Shown here piece after piece: positions 19,039 through 28,179 of a DNA stretch of 64,000 nucleotides. The stretch covers positions 320,001 through 384,000 of the forward strand of contig OY970212.1 in assembly GCA_963713925.1 (NCBI GenBank). The letters are read 5' to 3'. The notes below the pieces were generated by a model, which was given only the letters and a program-made list of their open reading frames with translations, had not been told where the DNA came from and made no database searches. Position 1 is the stretch's first letter; the number at the start of each line of letters is the position of its first letter. This stretch comes from an uncultured bacterium. Its GTDB lineage: Bacteria; Babelota; Babeliae; Babelales; Vermiphilaceae. The position numbers and the translations under genes were made by a program.

Positions 19039-20466
19039 ATGACACGTTTTACCTCTTCCTCACCCAAAAAGAACAAAAAGTCAGACAACCGCCAAAAACC
19101 AGAAGGTCGTCCGGGCAAGAACACTGATACTAGATATCGATCACATGCCGATAGTGACGAAAAACCGAGAAATTCGAATCATCGATCATATAAATCAGAC
19201 AACTCGTCCCGATCAAGATCCGACGATAAGCCTTTTGCGCGAGGCGGCAAACCCCAATCAAAGCCGACTTCCGGCTCTCGTTCCGGCCAATCGCGTCAGG
19301 GTGGCAAACCAGGCGCAGGCTCTGCTCGGGGCAAACAGCAGCAGCGACGTATTGTCACATTTGATCCGTCACTATTTATAAAAAAAGCGGTAGCAACAAA
19401 ACCGGAACAACCGTATATTCCTAAAAATACCTTCAACGATTTTGCCATCGATGAACGAATCAAGAAAAATATTGCTCATCGAGGCTATACACTGCCGACC
19501 AGAGTACAAGACGAAGCGATACCATACATTTTGCAGGGGCGGGATATCGTTGCGAGCGCAAACACAGGCACCGGTAAAACAGCGGCATTCTTGATTCCCT
19601 TGGTTCATAACGTGCTCACGGGAAAAACCAATCGAGCACTTATAATTGTCCCCACACGAGAACTCGCTGTTCAAATTGAAGACGAGTTAAAACTTTTTAA
19701 ACTCAATACTCAATTAAAAGCAGCTGTCTGCATTGGGGGCGCAAACATTGAAACACAGATCAAAAAGCTAGCTTCCCAACCGGAGTTTGTCATCGGAACT
19801 CCTGGCAGATTGATGGATCTTGAAGATCGACGCGCGATCAGTTTTGGCTCATTTGATGCAATCGTTCTTGATGAAGTTGATCGTATGCTTGATATGGGCT
19901 TTATTAACGATGTCAAAAAAATTATCGCGGACCTACCTCGCAAACGTCACTCATTATTCTTTTCCGCGACAATGCCTCAAAGTGCGCAACCGATCATGGA
20001 TAGTTTTTTGAACAATCCGGTGAAGGTAGCAGTCAAAACACGCGAATCAGCCGAGAATGTTAATCAGGATGTCATACGAGTCGGCTCATCAAACAAAATT
20101 GAACTATTGCACGATTTATTAATTAAGCCCGAGTTTAAAAAAGTTATCATCTTTGCTCGCACCAAACGCGCAACGGATAAACTAGGCAAGCAGCTAACCG
20201 AGCGTGGCTTTCAAGTATCTGTGATTCATGGAGATCGCTCACAAGCGCAGCGTCAAAAAGCATTGGATTTGTTAAAAGCGGGCAAAGTGAAAATTTTGTT
20301 GGCAACTGATGTTGTTGCTCGCGGCATTGACATCGATGATGTCACCCACGTTATTAACTATGATTTGCCTCAAACCTATGAGGATTATATCCATAGAATC
20401 GGCCGAACCGGCCGCGCCGATAAGGCCGGAAATGCTATTACGTTTGTGGAAGAACTCAAGAAATAA
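19039..20466 (+). CDS. DEAD-box RNA helicase with basic disordered N-terminus
   Basis: ANTGTGKT, PTRELA, GTPGR, DEVD, SAT, ARGID, HRIGRTGR. Confidence 0.95.
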   Translation: MTRFTSSSPKKNKKSDNRQKPEGRPGKNTDTRYRSHADSDEKPRNSNHRSYKSDNSSRSRSDDKPFARGGKPQSKPTSGSRSGQSRQGGKPGAGSARGKQQQRRIVTFDPSLFIKKAVATKPEQPYIPKNTFNDFAIDERIKKNIAHRGYTLPTRVQDEAIPYILQGRDIVASANTGTGKTAAFLIPLVHNVLTGKTNRALIIVPTRELAVQIEDELKLFKLNTQLKAAVCIGGANIETQIKKLASQPEFVIGTPGRLMDLEDRRAISFGSFDAIVLDEVDRMLDMGFINDVKKIIADLPRKRHSLFFSATMPQSAQPIMDSFLNNPVKVAVKTRESAENVNQDVIRVGSSNKIELLHDLLIKPEFKKVIIFARTKRATDKLGKQLTERGFQVSVIHGDRSQAQRQKALDLLKAGKVKILLATDVVARGIDIDDVTHVINYDLPQTYEDYIHRIGRTGRADKAGNAITFVEELKK

Positions 20467-20547
20467 TATTACAGATCTCGCATTATCTCTATTTGGTCTG
20501 ATATTCTTTATCAGACCAATTTTTTTATGATAGTGGAGTGCATCTGT

Positions 20548-21063
20548 ATGCAGATATTTACGATTGGACATTCAACTCACACCATAGAAGATTTTATAGC
20601 GATTTTAAAACAGTATAACATCACTGAGCTTGTTGATATTCGAACCATTCCCAAATCGCGACATAACCCTCAATTTAATGGCCCTGAATTGGCCCATGCG
20701 CTCAGAAACCATCACATTGGTTATCGCCATGAAAAAAAATTAGGCGGATTGCGCCATGCACATTCAGATTCAATTAATACCGCATGGCACAACGCGTCAT
20801 TTCGAGGATTTGCCGATTATATGCAAACGCCAGAATTTCATGAAGGCATTGAAAAACTGATTGAAATTGCTGGCGACAAAACGGTTGCGATAATGTGTGC
20901 CGAGGCTGTCCCCTGGCGCTGCCATCGATCATTAATTGGAGATGCTCTTCTTGTCCGTCATATAGAAGTTTTTGATATTATGAGCATGACATCGGTGCAT
21001 TCACATACCATGACCCCCTGGGCTGTTGTGAAGGGAACTCAAGTCACCTATCCGGCAGAATGA
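20548..21063 (+). CDS. DUF488 family protein
   Basis: IFTIGHS, LVDIR..P.SRHNPQF, LGGLR, MCAEAVPWRCHR. Confidence 0.88.
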   Translation: MQIFTIGHSTHTIEDFIAILKQYNITELVDIRTIPKSRHNPQFNGPELAHALRNHHIGYRHEKKLGGLRHAHSDSINTAWHNASFRGFADYMQTPEFHEGIEKLIEIAGDKTVAIMCAEAVPWRCHRSLIGDALLVRHIEVFDIMSMTSVHSHTMTPWAVVKGTQVTYPAE

Positions 21064-21067
21064 TAAC

Positions 21068-21209
21068 AGCTTATACGAAAATTAAGCATTCTAACTAAAA
21101 AAGGGTTGGTTGTCATGCTGAACTTGTTTCAGCATCCAGGTTAAGTAGATCCTGAAATAAATTCAGGATGACATAGCAATAAGGAATTTCTGGGATTTTC
21201 GGATAAGCT
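21068..21209. repeat. Nested palindromic element: outer 15-bp inverted repeat around an inner double hairpin (21111-21173)
   Basis: agcttatacgaaaat / attttcggataagct; inner tgtcatgctgaacttgtttcagcatc...gatcctgaaataaattcaggatgaca. Confidence 0.75.
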
Positions 21210-21216
21210 CTAAATA

Positions 21217-21918
21217 TTATGCAAGGTTATACGATAATGAGCTGCCATCATGCCCGGATAATATAATATGCTCAACAATAAGCCGAGCATCCATTACGTT
21301 GATAATTCCTTTTTCTGCAGCAAGCTTTTTGATTTGTTCTGCAAGAAAAGTCACATCTTTGTCTGAGCTTTCATACAGTCTGCCAAGCGTGAGATGAGCA
21401 CTAAAGGGAAACGTTCGAGAAGGATATGATGTGAGTTCTGAAAACTCTGCATCCATGTCGGTAATGAGCGCATTGAGTTCCTGAGAAGGAGCCAATTTTA
21501 TGACGACATTGTAATAATTTTTAATTTTTTTACCATCCGTTTCAAATTCGAATTTGCCCTGCCAGCATTCAAGGTGGGCTTTTTGTAGGCTTGCATTCAA
21601 ATTAATTTGTTTGTAACGAGTGGCAAGTGCAGCCAGTTTTGAAATCAAACTTGGCTCTTTTTCTTGCATTTGCTCTACCGATTCTTTGCCATAACTGACA
21701 TATGCCAAAGATAAATGAGGTTGATAAGCACCGGCCACAAACCGATAGTCGCCTGTTCCATCTTTTGCTTCATCCAAAAGTTTTTTGAAATTTTCTTGTG
21801 CGTTTTCAACAATCGCATGAACTTCTTCAGAAAGATCTGCTAACAAAACAACACTTGGAGAAGTGACAATGCTTGAACATAATAAAATGAGAGCAATTAT
21901 TCTATTTTGCAGACGCAT
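21217..21918 (-). CDS. 2H-phosphoesterase (LigT-like) with signal peptide
   Basis: Two HxS/T motifs: PHLSL and AHLTL; N-terminal hydrophobic leader. Confidence 0.78.
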   Translation of the reverse strand: MRLQNRIIALILLCSSIVTSPSVVLLADLSEEVHAIVENAQENFKKLLDEAKDGTGDYRFVAGAYQPHLSLAYVSYGKESVEQMQEKEPSLISKLAALATRYKQINLNASLQKAHLECWQGKFEFETDGKKIKNYYNVVIKLAPSQELNALITDMDAEFSELTSYPSRTFPFSAHLTLGRLYESSDKDVTFLAEQIKKLAAEKGIINVMDARLIVEHIILSGHDGSSLSYNLA

Positions 21919-22108
21919 ATGGATTCCTTGAATTATGTAATGTCATATGATGCATACTACCCCGAAAAGAAAAATTGTTAAATAAGATGTCCCCTTTTCT
22001 CTCGATAATCGTCTAGCAAAGTTATTTGTCAAAGATTTTTGTTGATGATATGCTCCTACTCGTTTAAATCAGAACATGATGTATGAGTTATCTTTTAAAA
22101 GGAATGTT

Positions 22109-22789
22109 ATGAAGTATACGTTCGCAATAGCATTGAGTTTGATGTCATTTTCATCAGTATATGGGATGATGTCACGCCACATACAAGTAAGAAAAGACAC
22201 GCGTCAAAAGCAAACTCACAGAAACTTTTGTTCAAAGGTTGAGCAAAAAACAATGCTAAAAAATGGTTTGTTTCCATTTTACGATAGCTTCTTATCTGTA
22301 AAATATAAGATTGTTTGTAATCCGTTAAGTAATACTTATTTTGAACAAAAAACATCTGGTTCTTCTGTTACTTACTCATATCTCAGTCAATCAAAAGATC
22401 AGACACCAAATTCAAGTTTTACAAAAGTGAATCACCCAAGTAAAAATTTTATAGATCTCTCTAAATCGCTTAATCAAAGATTCAGAGAAATTATGTTTAC
22501 TGATGCTGCAATGTTTCTCCAACAATTGGGAGAAGCACGTTTTGGCAATGGTTTTTCTCGCGATAACATGACTGCATATGTGGAGTCTATGCCGATAGAA
22601 ATTCAAACACATTATAAACAATTATTAATAGATTTGGCTCATAAAAAACTAAAGGTGTGGAATGCAAGCATAAAAGTTGATACTGCTTTTGCAGATGTTG
22701 ATATTATAGAGAAAGGCGGTCATAATTCTCTATTTATAATTAAGGGGATTCGTACAGATATTTGTCTAGATACAAGTTGGAAATGGTAA
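22109..22789 (+). CDS. Secreted hypothetical protein with basic post-signal leader
   Basis: AAGGA then ATG 22109; MKYTFAIALSLMSFSSVYG|MMSRHIQVRK... Confidence 0.75.
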   Translation: MKYTFAIALSLMSFSSVYGMMSRHIQVRKDTRQKQTHRNFCSKVEQKTMLKNGLFPFYDSFLSVKYKIVCNPLSNTYFEQKTSGSSVTYSYLSQSKDQTPNSSFTKVNHPSKNFIDLSKSLNQRFREIMFTDAAMFLQQLGEARFGNGFSRDNMTAYVESMPIEIQTHYKQLLIDLAHKKLKVWNASIKVDTAFADVDIIEKGGHNSLFIIKGIRTDICLDTSWKW

Positions 22790-22989
22790 ACTGATTCGTG
22801 CTTTTGAAAAAAGTAAAAAGGTCGCCGGCACTATTAAGATAGCTCTTAAAGGGCAAGCTGTGACGACACATTTAGAGTCGGATCAAAAAGTGAAATGATC
22901 TGACGCATGCTCTTTCTAAAAGAATCAATTTGACACTAAATACAAATCAGGTCACAATCATCTCGAAACCTTGTTTTGGGACGTAAAAA

Positions 22990-23694
22990 ATGACCGAACG
23001 ACAACAACAATTTTATTCTTCAATTCCTGCTTCATGGCGAACACATTTAAAAGATGTCTGCGCTCGACCTGAGATTGATGGGCTTGTTGCGTTTTTGAAA
23101 GAACGCGAAGCGGCAGGTGCAACTATATATCCTGCCAAGCAAAATATTTTTGCTGCAATGCGCGCAATTCCGTTTGATGATGTGAGTGTTGTCATTGTCG
23201 GGCAAGATCCGTATCACGGTCCGGCCCAGGCGCATGGCTTGAGTTTCAGTGTGCCTCCCGGCGTCCCGCAGCCACCATCACTGCGCAATATTTTTAAAGA
23301 ATTGCATAATGATATCGGAATGCCGATACCAAAAAATGGCACATTGACTGGATGGGCACAACAGGGAGTTTTGTTGCTCAATGCAATTTTGACGGTCGAA
23401 GAGGAAAAGCCGGCTGCTCACGCGGGCAAAGGCTGGGAAATTTTTACCGATGCTATTATTGAAAAACTGTTGCAACGCGAACATCCCACTGTTTTAATGC
23501 TCTGGGGGTCATATGCACAAAAAAAGGTGCAAAACCTGCATGCGCATATCGACCCAAAACGTCATCTTATCTTAAAATCAGCCCATCCGTCACCGCTTTC
23601 GGTGACCGGATTTTTAGGCAATCACCATTTTTCAAAGGCAAATGCTTTTTTGAGACAGCATCACATTCCGGAGATTGACTGGTCGGCTGTGTAA
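22990..23694 (+). CDS. ung: Uracil-DNA glycosylase, family 1
   Basis: GQDPYH, PPSL.NI, GVLLLN, HPSPLS. Confidence 0.97.
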   Translation: MTERQQQFYSSIPASWRTHLKDVCARPEIDGLVAFLKEREAAGATIYPAKQNIFAAMRAIPFDDVSVVIVGQDPYHGPAQAHGLSFSVPPGVPQPPSLRNIFKELHNDIGMPIPKNGTLTGWAQQGVLLLNAILTVEEEKPAAHAGKGWEIFTDAIIEKLLQREHPTVLMLWGSYAQKKVQNLHAHIDPKRHLILKSAHPSPLSVTGFLGNHHFSKANAFLRQHHIPEIDWSAV

Positions 23695-23695
23695 A

Positions 23696-24622
23696 TTATT
23701 TTCTTTTTTGAACTTCTTCAATACTCGGTTGAGTGGTATCAAGCAGAGCTCTTCCTGCTTCTGCCAAGATTGTATCATGAGGTAAATGATACGCTTGATA
23801 AAAGGCATGCACCACTTTTTGATAGTTGTGGGCATCTTTGCTAAATACCGCGTCATTATGTCCGGCATCTTCGAGTTCATAGAGGTGAACTTTGGTATGA
23901 CCCGCTTCCTTTAATGTGCAATATAAATTGCGGGAACAAAGCACTGATATCAACGAGTCTTTTTTCGAATGAATCAAAATGATAGGAATATCTTGTCGAA
24001 TGAGTTTGATAGCATTGATAGGTTTGAATAGGTTCAAGCCCGATTGATATGCAGGGAAGGCAATTCTTCGTCCAAACGATCCAATTCCGATAGTATTAAG
24101 AAATCCAAATTTATGGGTTAGTAGGTTTTCGAGTGAGTCAAAAGGAGCCTCCAAAATGAGTGCCCTAATGCGAGCCGGTTGGCAAATACCGACATAGTTA
24201 ATAATGGTTGCGGCCCCCATCGAATGCCCGGCAAGAATAATGTCCCCTTCAATTGAATCAAGTTCATTACCTAATGTGTTCATTTCAATGTGTTGCCCGA
24301 AAGAAACCTTGCTTCGATCAAGCGATGTTTTACGAGAAAAATTACCGGTCTCATCTTTAGTCCATTGAGTTTGAGATGATGGAAAATCAAACTGATGTAC
24401 AGGATGATAAAACAAGAAAAAAGAACCATTGTTTCGCTTATATTCTGAGGATTGAGTTTGCCCATCAGGCAACGTCGCTTGGAAAGAGAGCGTATGATCT
24501 TTCACACAATAAGCTGCTTGCAAGCCGGTTCCTCCCAAACCATGACAATAAACAGTGGTTATCGGTTGTTGTGCTACCAGGCCTGAAAAGAGTAAAATAA
24601 GGCTAAAAACGAACTTAAACAT
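23696..24622 (-). CDS. Alpha/beta hydrolase with signal peptide
   Basis: HGLGG, GHSMG nucleophile elbow, HSKKD, AGHND. Confidence 0.85.
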   Translation of the reverse strand: MFKFVFSLILLFSGLVAQQPITTVYCHGLGGTGLQAAYCVKDHTLSFQATLPDGQTQSSEYKRNNGSFFLFYHPVHQFDFPSSQTQWTKDETGNFSRKTSLDRSKVSFGQHIEMNTLGNELDSIEGDIILAGHSMGAATIINYVGICQPARIRALILEAPFDSLENLLTHKFGFLNTIGIGSFGRRIAFPAYQSGLNLFKPINAIKLIRQDIPIILIHSKKDSLISVLCSRNLYCTLKEAGHTKVHLYELEDAGHNDAVFSKDAHNYQKVVHAFYQAYHLPHDTILAEAGRALLDTTQPSIEEVQKRK

Positions 24623-24807
24623 GTATTCTCCATACTTTTAGTGACAAATAACCCCATCTTTAACATTAACTCAATCTGACATTGTGTCAATGAGGGAGCT
24701 GTTTTAATTATTTCAATATGAATAAATCAGCTTGTTTCATTGCTCTTTAATAACCAAATTAAGTATATCTCAATACACTTGATCAATTTTTGTCGGGGAG
24801 TATTTGT

Positions 24808-25683
24808 ATGCGCATAAAAGTTATAATGACCTTTCTTATCATCACCAACATCGCCCAAAGCGCCGATTTTTCCGCCACCGCCCGCAAACATGTCGTGATC
24901 ATAGACCCAGATTTTTTTACCACTCCCAAAGATACAAAATCGATGCTCGCAAACTGGAAAGATGCGCCAAGCCTAGGGTTTAATGTAGGTCTCTGGAAAT
25001 TAATACAACTCGCCAACAATGGCACAGCAATACACGAACGCGGTGTACAAATTGCAAAAGAATCCCCCGGAGCGGCAATCACAATACGTAAACTCTTTGG
25101 AGAAGAACTCAAAGACACCTATGGCGAATTTAAAGAACCCGCACTCAAAGCACTTATTTCATTCACAGTGCAACCGACAAAAAAAAGACACGCATTCGAT
25201 TTACTTCGAGAAATCAAAAAGGCAGGGCACTATATTTTCTGCGTAACGATGCATGATGCGGAAGAACATTCAGCCTTTCGAGATTGTTTACGAAAGCAAG
25301 ATGAATGTCTCGTTGAAGTTATCGACGGAGTCATAACCTTGCCTAGCTATGACGCAAATCCTGCTCCCGGATCATCGTTTTCTACCCACGAAACACATAC
25401 TAATAAAAACATGTGGTTTATCTCTCATAGCATCGCAGAAGATAATTATGTGGAGATATTCGAAAAATTTATGGAAAAAATGGGCGAACGATCCACTCCG
25501 CTTGTTACTTTGCAAAGCAATAAGCCGACTGATTCAAGTTTGATAATATCCATCAATGACCGGATAGCAAAAATGACTAAAAAAAATGAAACGACTCACA
25601 TCTTTCAAGACGACATGGACCTCATCAGGCGTGATTTACGGTTGCTCGGCGTATTGCCCAAACTTCCCAAAGCTACCGTTTAA
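24808..25683 (+). CDS. Secreted hypothetical protein (possibly degenerate HAD-like fold)
   Basis: Signal peptide MRIKVIMTFLIITNIAQS; weak VVIIDPD; LLREIKKAGHYIF. Confidence 0.65.
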   Translation: MRIKVIMTFLIITNIAQSADFSATARKHVVIIDPDFFTTPKDTKSMLANWKDAPSLGFNVGLWKLIQLANNGTAIHERGVQIAKESPGAAITIRKLFGEELKDTYGEFKEPALKALISFTVQPTKKRHAFDLLREIKKAGHYIFCVTMHDAEEHSAFRDCLRKQDECLVEVIDGVITLPSYDANPAPGSSFSTHETHTNKNMWFISHSIAEDNYVEIFEKFMEKMGERSTPLVTLQSNKPTDSSLIISINDRIAKMTKKNETTHIFQDDMDLIRRDLRLLGVLPKLPKATV

Positions 25684-26935
25684 AATGAGCAACGAGCTCT
25701 GCTTGTGGTATTAATTCTTGAGCTCCGGTGACCATATTTTTGACCATAACAGTGCGAGAGTTTTGTTCATCTGCTCCGAGCAATAAAACATGGGATGCCG
25801 CACGTTTGTTGGCTTTTTTGAGCCTGCTTTTAACCGAGCCATCAAATAAAATATCAACCGCGATATTGTTCGCGCGCAATTCATCGGCAAGCAAGAGCGC
25901 CAACGTTTCTTGTTGTTTGTCAAAAGGAATAATGCAGCGAGATGCAGGTGCAGCTGGAAGTGGCAAGCGATCTTTAATTGATTCAAGCATGAGTAAAATG
26001 CGTTCAATACCAATGCCCGCACCAATTGATGGTTGATCTTCGCGTGCACCCAATTGCTTGACGAGCTGATCATACCGTCCGCCGCCGCAGAAAGTGCTTT
26101 GTGCGCCCAATTGACCGCTCACAAATTCAAAGACCGTTTTGCTGTAATAATCAAGACCGCGCACAAGCCGCGGTTCGATGATGTATGTCACTGAAAGGAG
26201 ATCGAGTTGCTGTTGCAATTCAGTCCATTCAGCCGAGCAGGGTGCGCATAATGAATCAATTATTTTAGGCGCTTGGGCGTATATTTTTTGGCACGATTCC
26301 TGTTTGCAGTCAAAGATGCGCATGATATTTTTTTCAACGCGAATGGTGCAGAGGTCGCAGATTTCGGTTTTATGTTTTAGAGTGACCCAGTCGTATAATT
26401 TTTTCTTATAGGCGGCACGATCTTCAGCACATCCTAAGAAATTGAGTGTCAGCGCATAATCAACCAGCTTTAAATGTTCATGAAACATACGGTCAAGCAT
26501 GACCAAAAGTTCAGCATCAGCACTGAGCGATTGAGCTCCGATGATTTCAAGACTCACTTGGTGAAATTGGCGGTAGCGCCCTTTTTGTGGCCGCTCATAG
26601 CGAAACATCGGCCCCCACGTGAACACCTTCCATGGGGTTTGCTCAACGTTGTTTTCAATAAAGGCACGCACCATTGAAGCCGTTGCTTCCGGACGCAAAC
26701 ACATTGAATCTTCAGGATTTTCGTTTTCTTGATGCGATTTGATGAGAAACATTTCTTTGCTGACCACATCAGTATGCTCACCAATTGAGCGAACAAAAAG
26801 AGAAGTATGCTCAATCAAGGGAGTGGCAATTTCAGTGTATTCATAGTTTTTGCACTGATTTTTGACGACATCAATCAAATAGTTAAAAAGGGAAAGATCG
26901 AGAAAATCTTGTGTGCCTTTGACACGGGTAATCAT
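25673..26935 (-). CDS. hisS: Histidine--tRNA ligase
   Basis: KGTQD, LRPEATA, FRYERPQKGRYRQFHQ, RGLDYY, GGGRYD. Confidence 0.97.
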   Translation of the reverse strand: MITRVKGTQDFLDLSLFNYLIDVVKNQCKNYEYTEIATPLIEHTSLFVRSIGEHTDVVSKEMFLIKSHQENENPEDSMCLRPEATASMVRAFIENNVEQTPWKVFTWGPMFRYERPQKGRYRQFHQVSLEIIGAQSLSADAELLVMLDRMFHEHLKLVDYALTLNFLGCAEDRAAYKKKLYDWVTLKHKTEICDLCTIRVEKNIMRIFDCKQESCQKIYAQAPKIIDSLCAPCSAEWTELQQQLDLLSVTYIIEPRLVRGLDYYSKTVFEFVSGQLGAQSTFCGGGRYDQLVKQLGAREDQPSIGAGIGIERILLMLESIKDRLPLPAAPASRCIIPFDKQQETLALLLADELRANNIAVDILFDGSVKSRLKKANKRAASHVLLLGADEQNSRTVMVKNMVTGAQELIPQAELVAHFKR

Positions 26936-27037
26936 AAAGACTCTTTTTTATATGACTGGAAAATATAATTTCCAGCCCATACTAAGGTTTTAATTCATCA
27001 TAATCATCTTAGCGAGAAATAGAAAAAGAGTAAGAAA

Positions 27038-27475
27038 TTATTTTCGTTTCTCCAATTTCCATTCATCAAATCTATCTGAAAGTAAAGAGCTGATATAGAA
27101 AGGAACGAAAAAAACTACTACTCCGCAGACAAAAACGCACGTTGCCGTATCATCGGCAGCTCGTTCTACGGTTTTTCCGAAACTATTATCCGTGAGACGC
27201 TTCATTTCTTGGTTATTGGCTGTAAGAGTTTTTTCCAAATTTTCGAGTTTTTTATGTAATTCATCACTTGTTTTTTGGCCTTCCATAGAAGACATTTGAG
27301 AAACTTTTTTACTTTCAGTTTCTATAAACCGTTTTTGAGTATTTTGGGCCCATTGCGCCGCGTACTTTGTTCCTGAGCGATTCATAGTGTGGCGCATAAG
27401 CATAGCATGCGATGAATTGGCTATTGTGAATCCGGAAAGAATGAGCACAAGGCTCATAAGGTTGTTGATCTTCAT
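27038..27475 (-). CDS. Secreted tail-anchored protein with presequence-like leader
   Basis: AAGGA then ATG 27475; signal peptide ..SSHA|MLMRH...KRF; coiled coil; C-terminal TM. Confidence 0.8.
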   Translation of the reverse strand: MKINNLMSLVLILSGFTIANSSHAMLMRHTMNRSGTKYAAQWAQNTQKRFIETESKKVSQMSSMEGQKTSDELHKKLENLEKTLTANNQEMKRLTDNSFGKTVERAADDTATCVFVCGVVVFFVPFYISSLLSDRFDEWKLEKRK

Positions 27476-27499
27476 AATTTGTCCTTTTAGCAAGACATT

Positions 27500-27531
27500 A
27501 AAGAAAGGAGCGCATAAAGCTCCTTTCTTTT
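27500..27531. terminator. Rho-independent terminator
   Basis: aaagaaaggagc-gcataaa-gctcctttcttt. Confidence 0.7.
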
Positions 27532-27542
27532 GATTTATTTTT

Positions 27543-27965
27543 TTACTTAATCCAATCGAATTTAACAGCGGCTATTCCAACGCCACCGACGATCACTAAG
27601 CCCCCCGCGTAGCCTATCATGTAACTTTTCACCAGCCGTTCAGCATCAGATTTAGTCTTTTCAAAGGAGTCAACTTTCTTGAGTAAGGATTCCATATTTG
27701 TGTTACTTTTTTTCAACTCATTAGCTATGTTGTCTAAAGATGTCGCCATCCTTTCAGCATCATTAGAGTAGATAAATCTGGAGTCCATTTTGCCTTCCGC
27801 ATCGCGAGCGTATCTAAATCGCTTTTGAGTCTTTTGAGCTAATTGAGCAACATACTTTGTTCCCGAGCGATTTATAGTGTGGCGCATAAGCATAGCATGC
27901 GCTGAATTGGCCATCGTGAATCCGGAAATAATGAGTGCAAGGCTCATAAGGTTATTGATCTTCAT
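27543..27965 (-). CDS. Secreted tail-anchored protein with presequence-like leader (paralog)
   Basis: AAGGA then ATG 27965; first ~50 aa shared with 27038..27475; C-terminal TM YMIGYAGGLVIVGGVGIAAV. Confidence 0.8.
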   Translation of the reverse strand: MKINNLMSLALIISGFTMANSAHAMLMRHTINRSGTKYVAQLAQKTQKRFRYARDAEGKMDSRFIYSNDAERMATSLDNIANELKKSNTNMESLLKKVDSFEKTKSDAERLVKSYMIGYAGGLVIVGGVGIAAVKFDWIK

Positions 27966-28179
27966 AATATTCCTTTCGTTATGTTGATAAAATCGTCGAA
28001 ACTCTAACATTTTAAAAATGAGTTGTCATCTGCTCTTGCAGCGCTCAGCTTGGCTTGGATTAGTGTTGACTTAAAGAAAACAAAACTGTTAGAGCTACAA
28101 GTACAGTGTTTCAGATAAAAAATCCAAACATGGGCCCCAAGCAAACAACGTGCCGCTTGGGTATTATTAGGAGAAAAAC

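Noticed and set aside
19039..21918. DEAD helicase + DUF488 + 2H enzyme as an RNA-repair or defence operon
   Set aside because: The 2H gene is convergent and exported, with a palindromic element between; no evidence of functional coupling.
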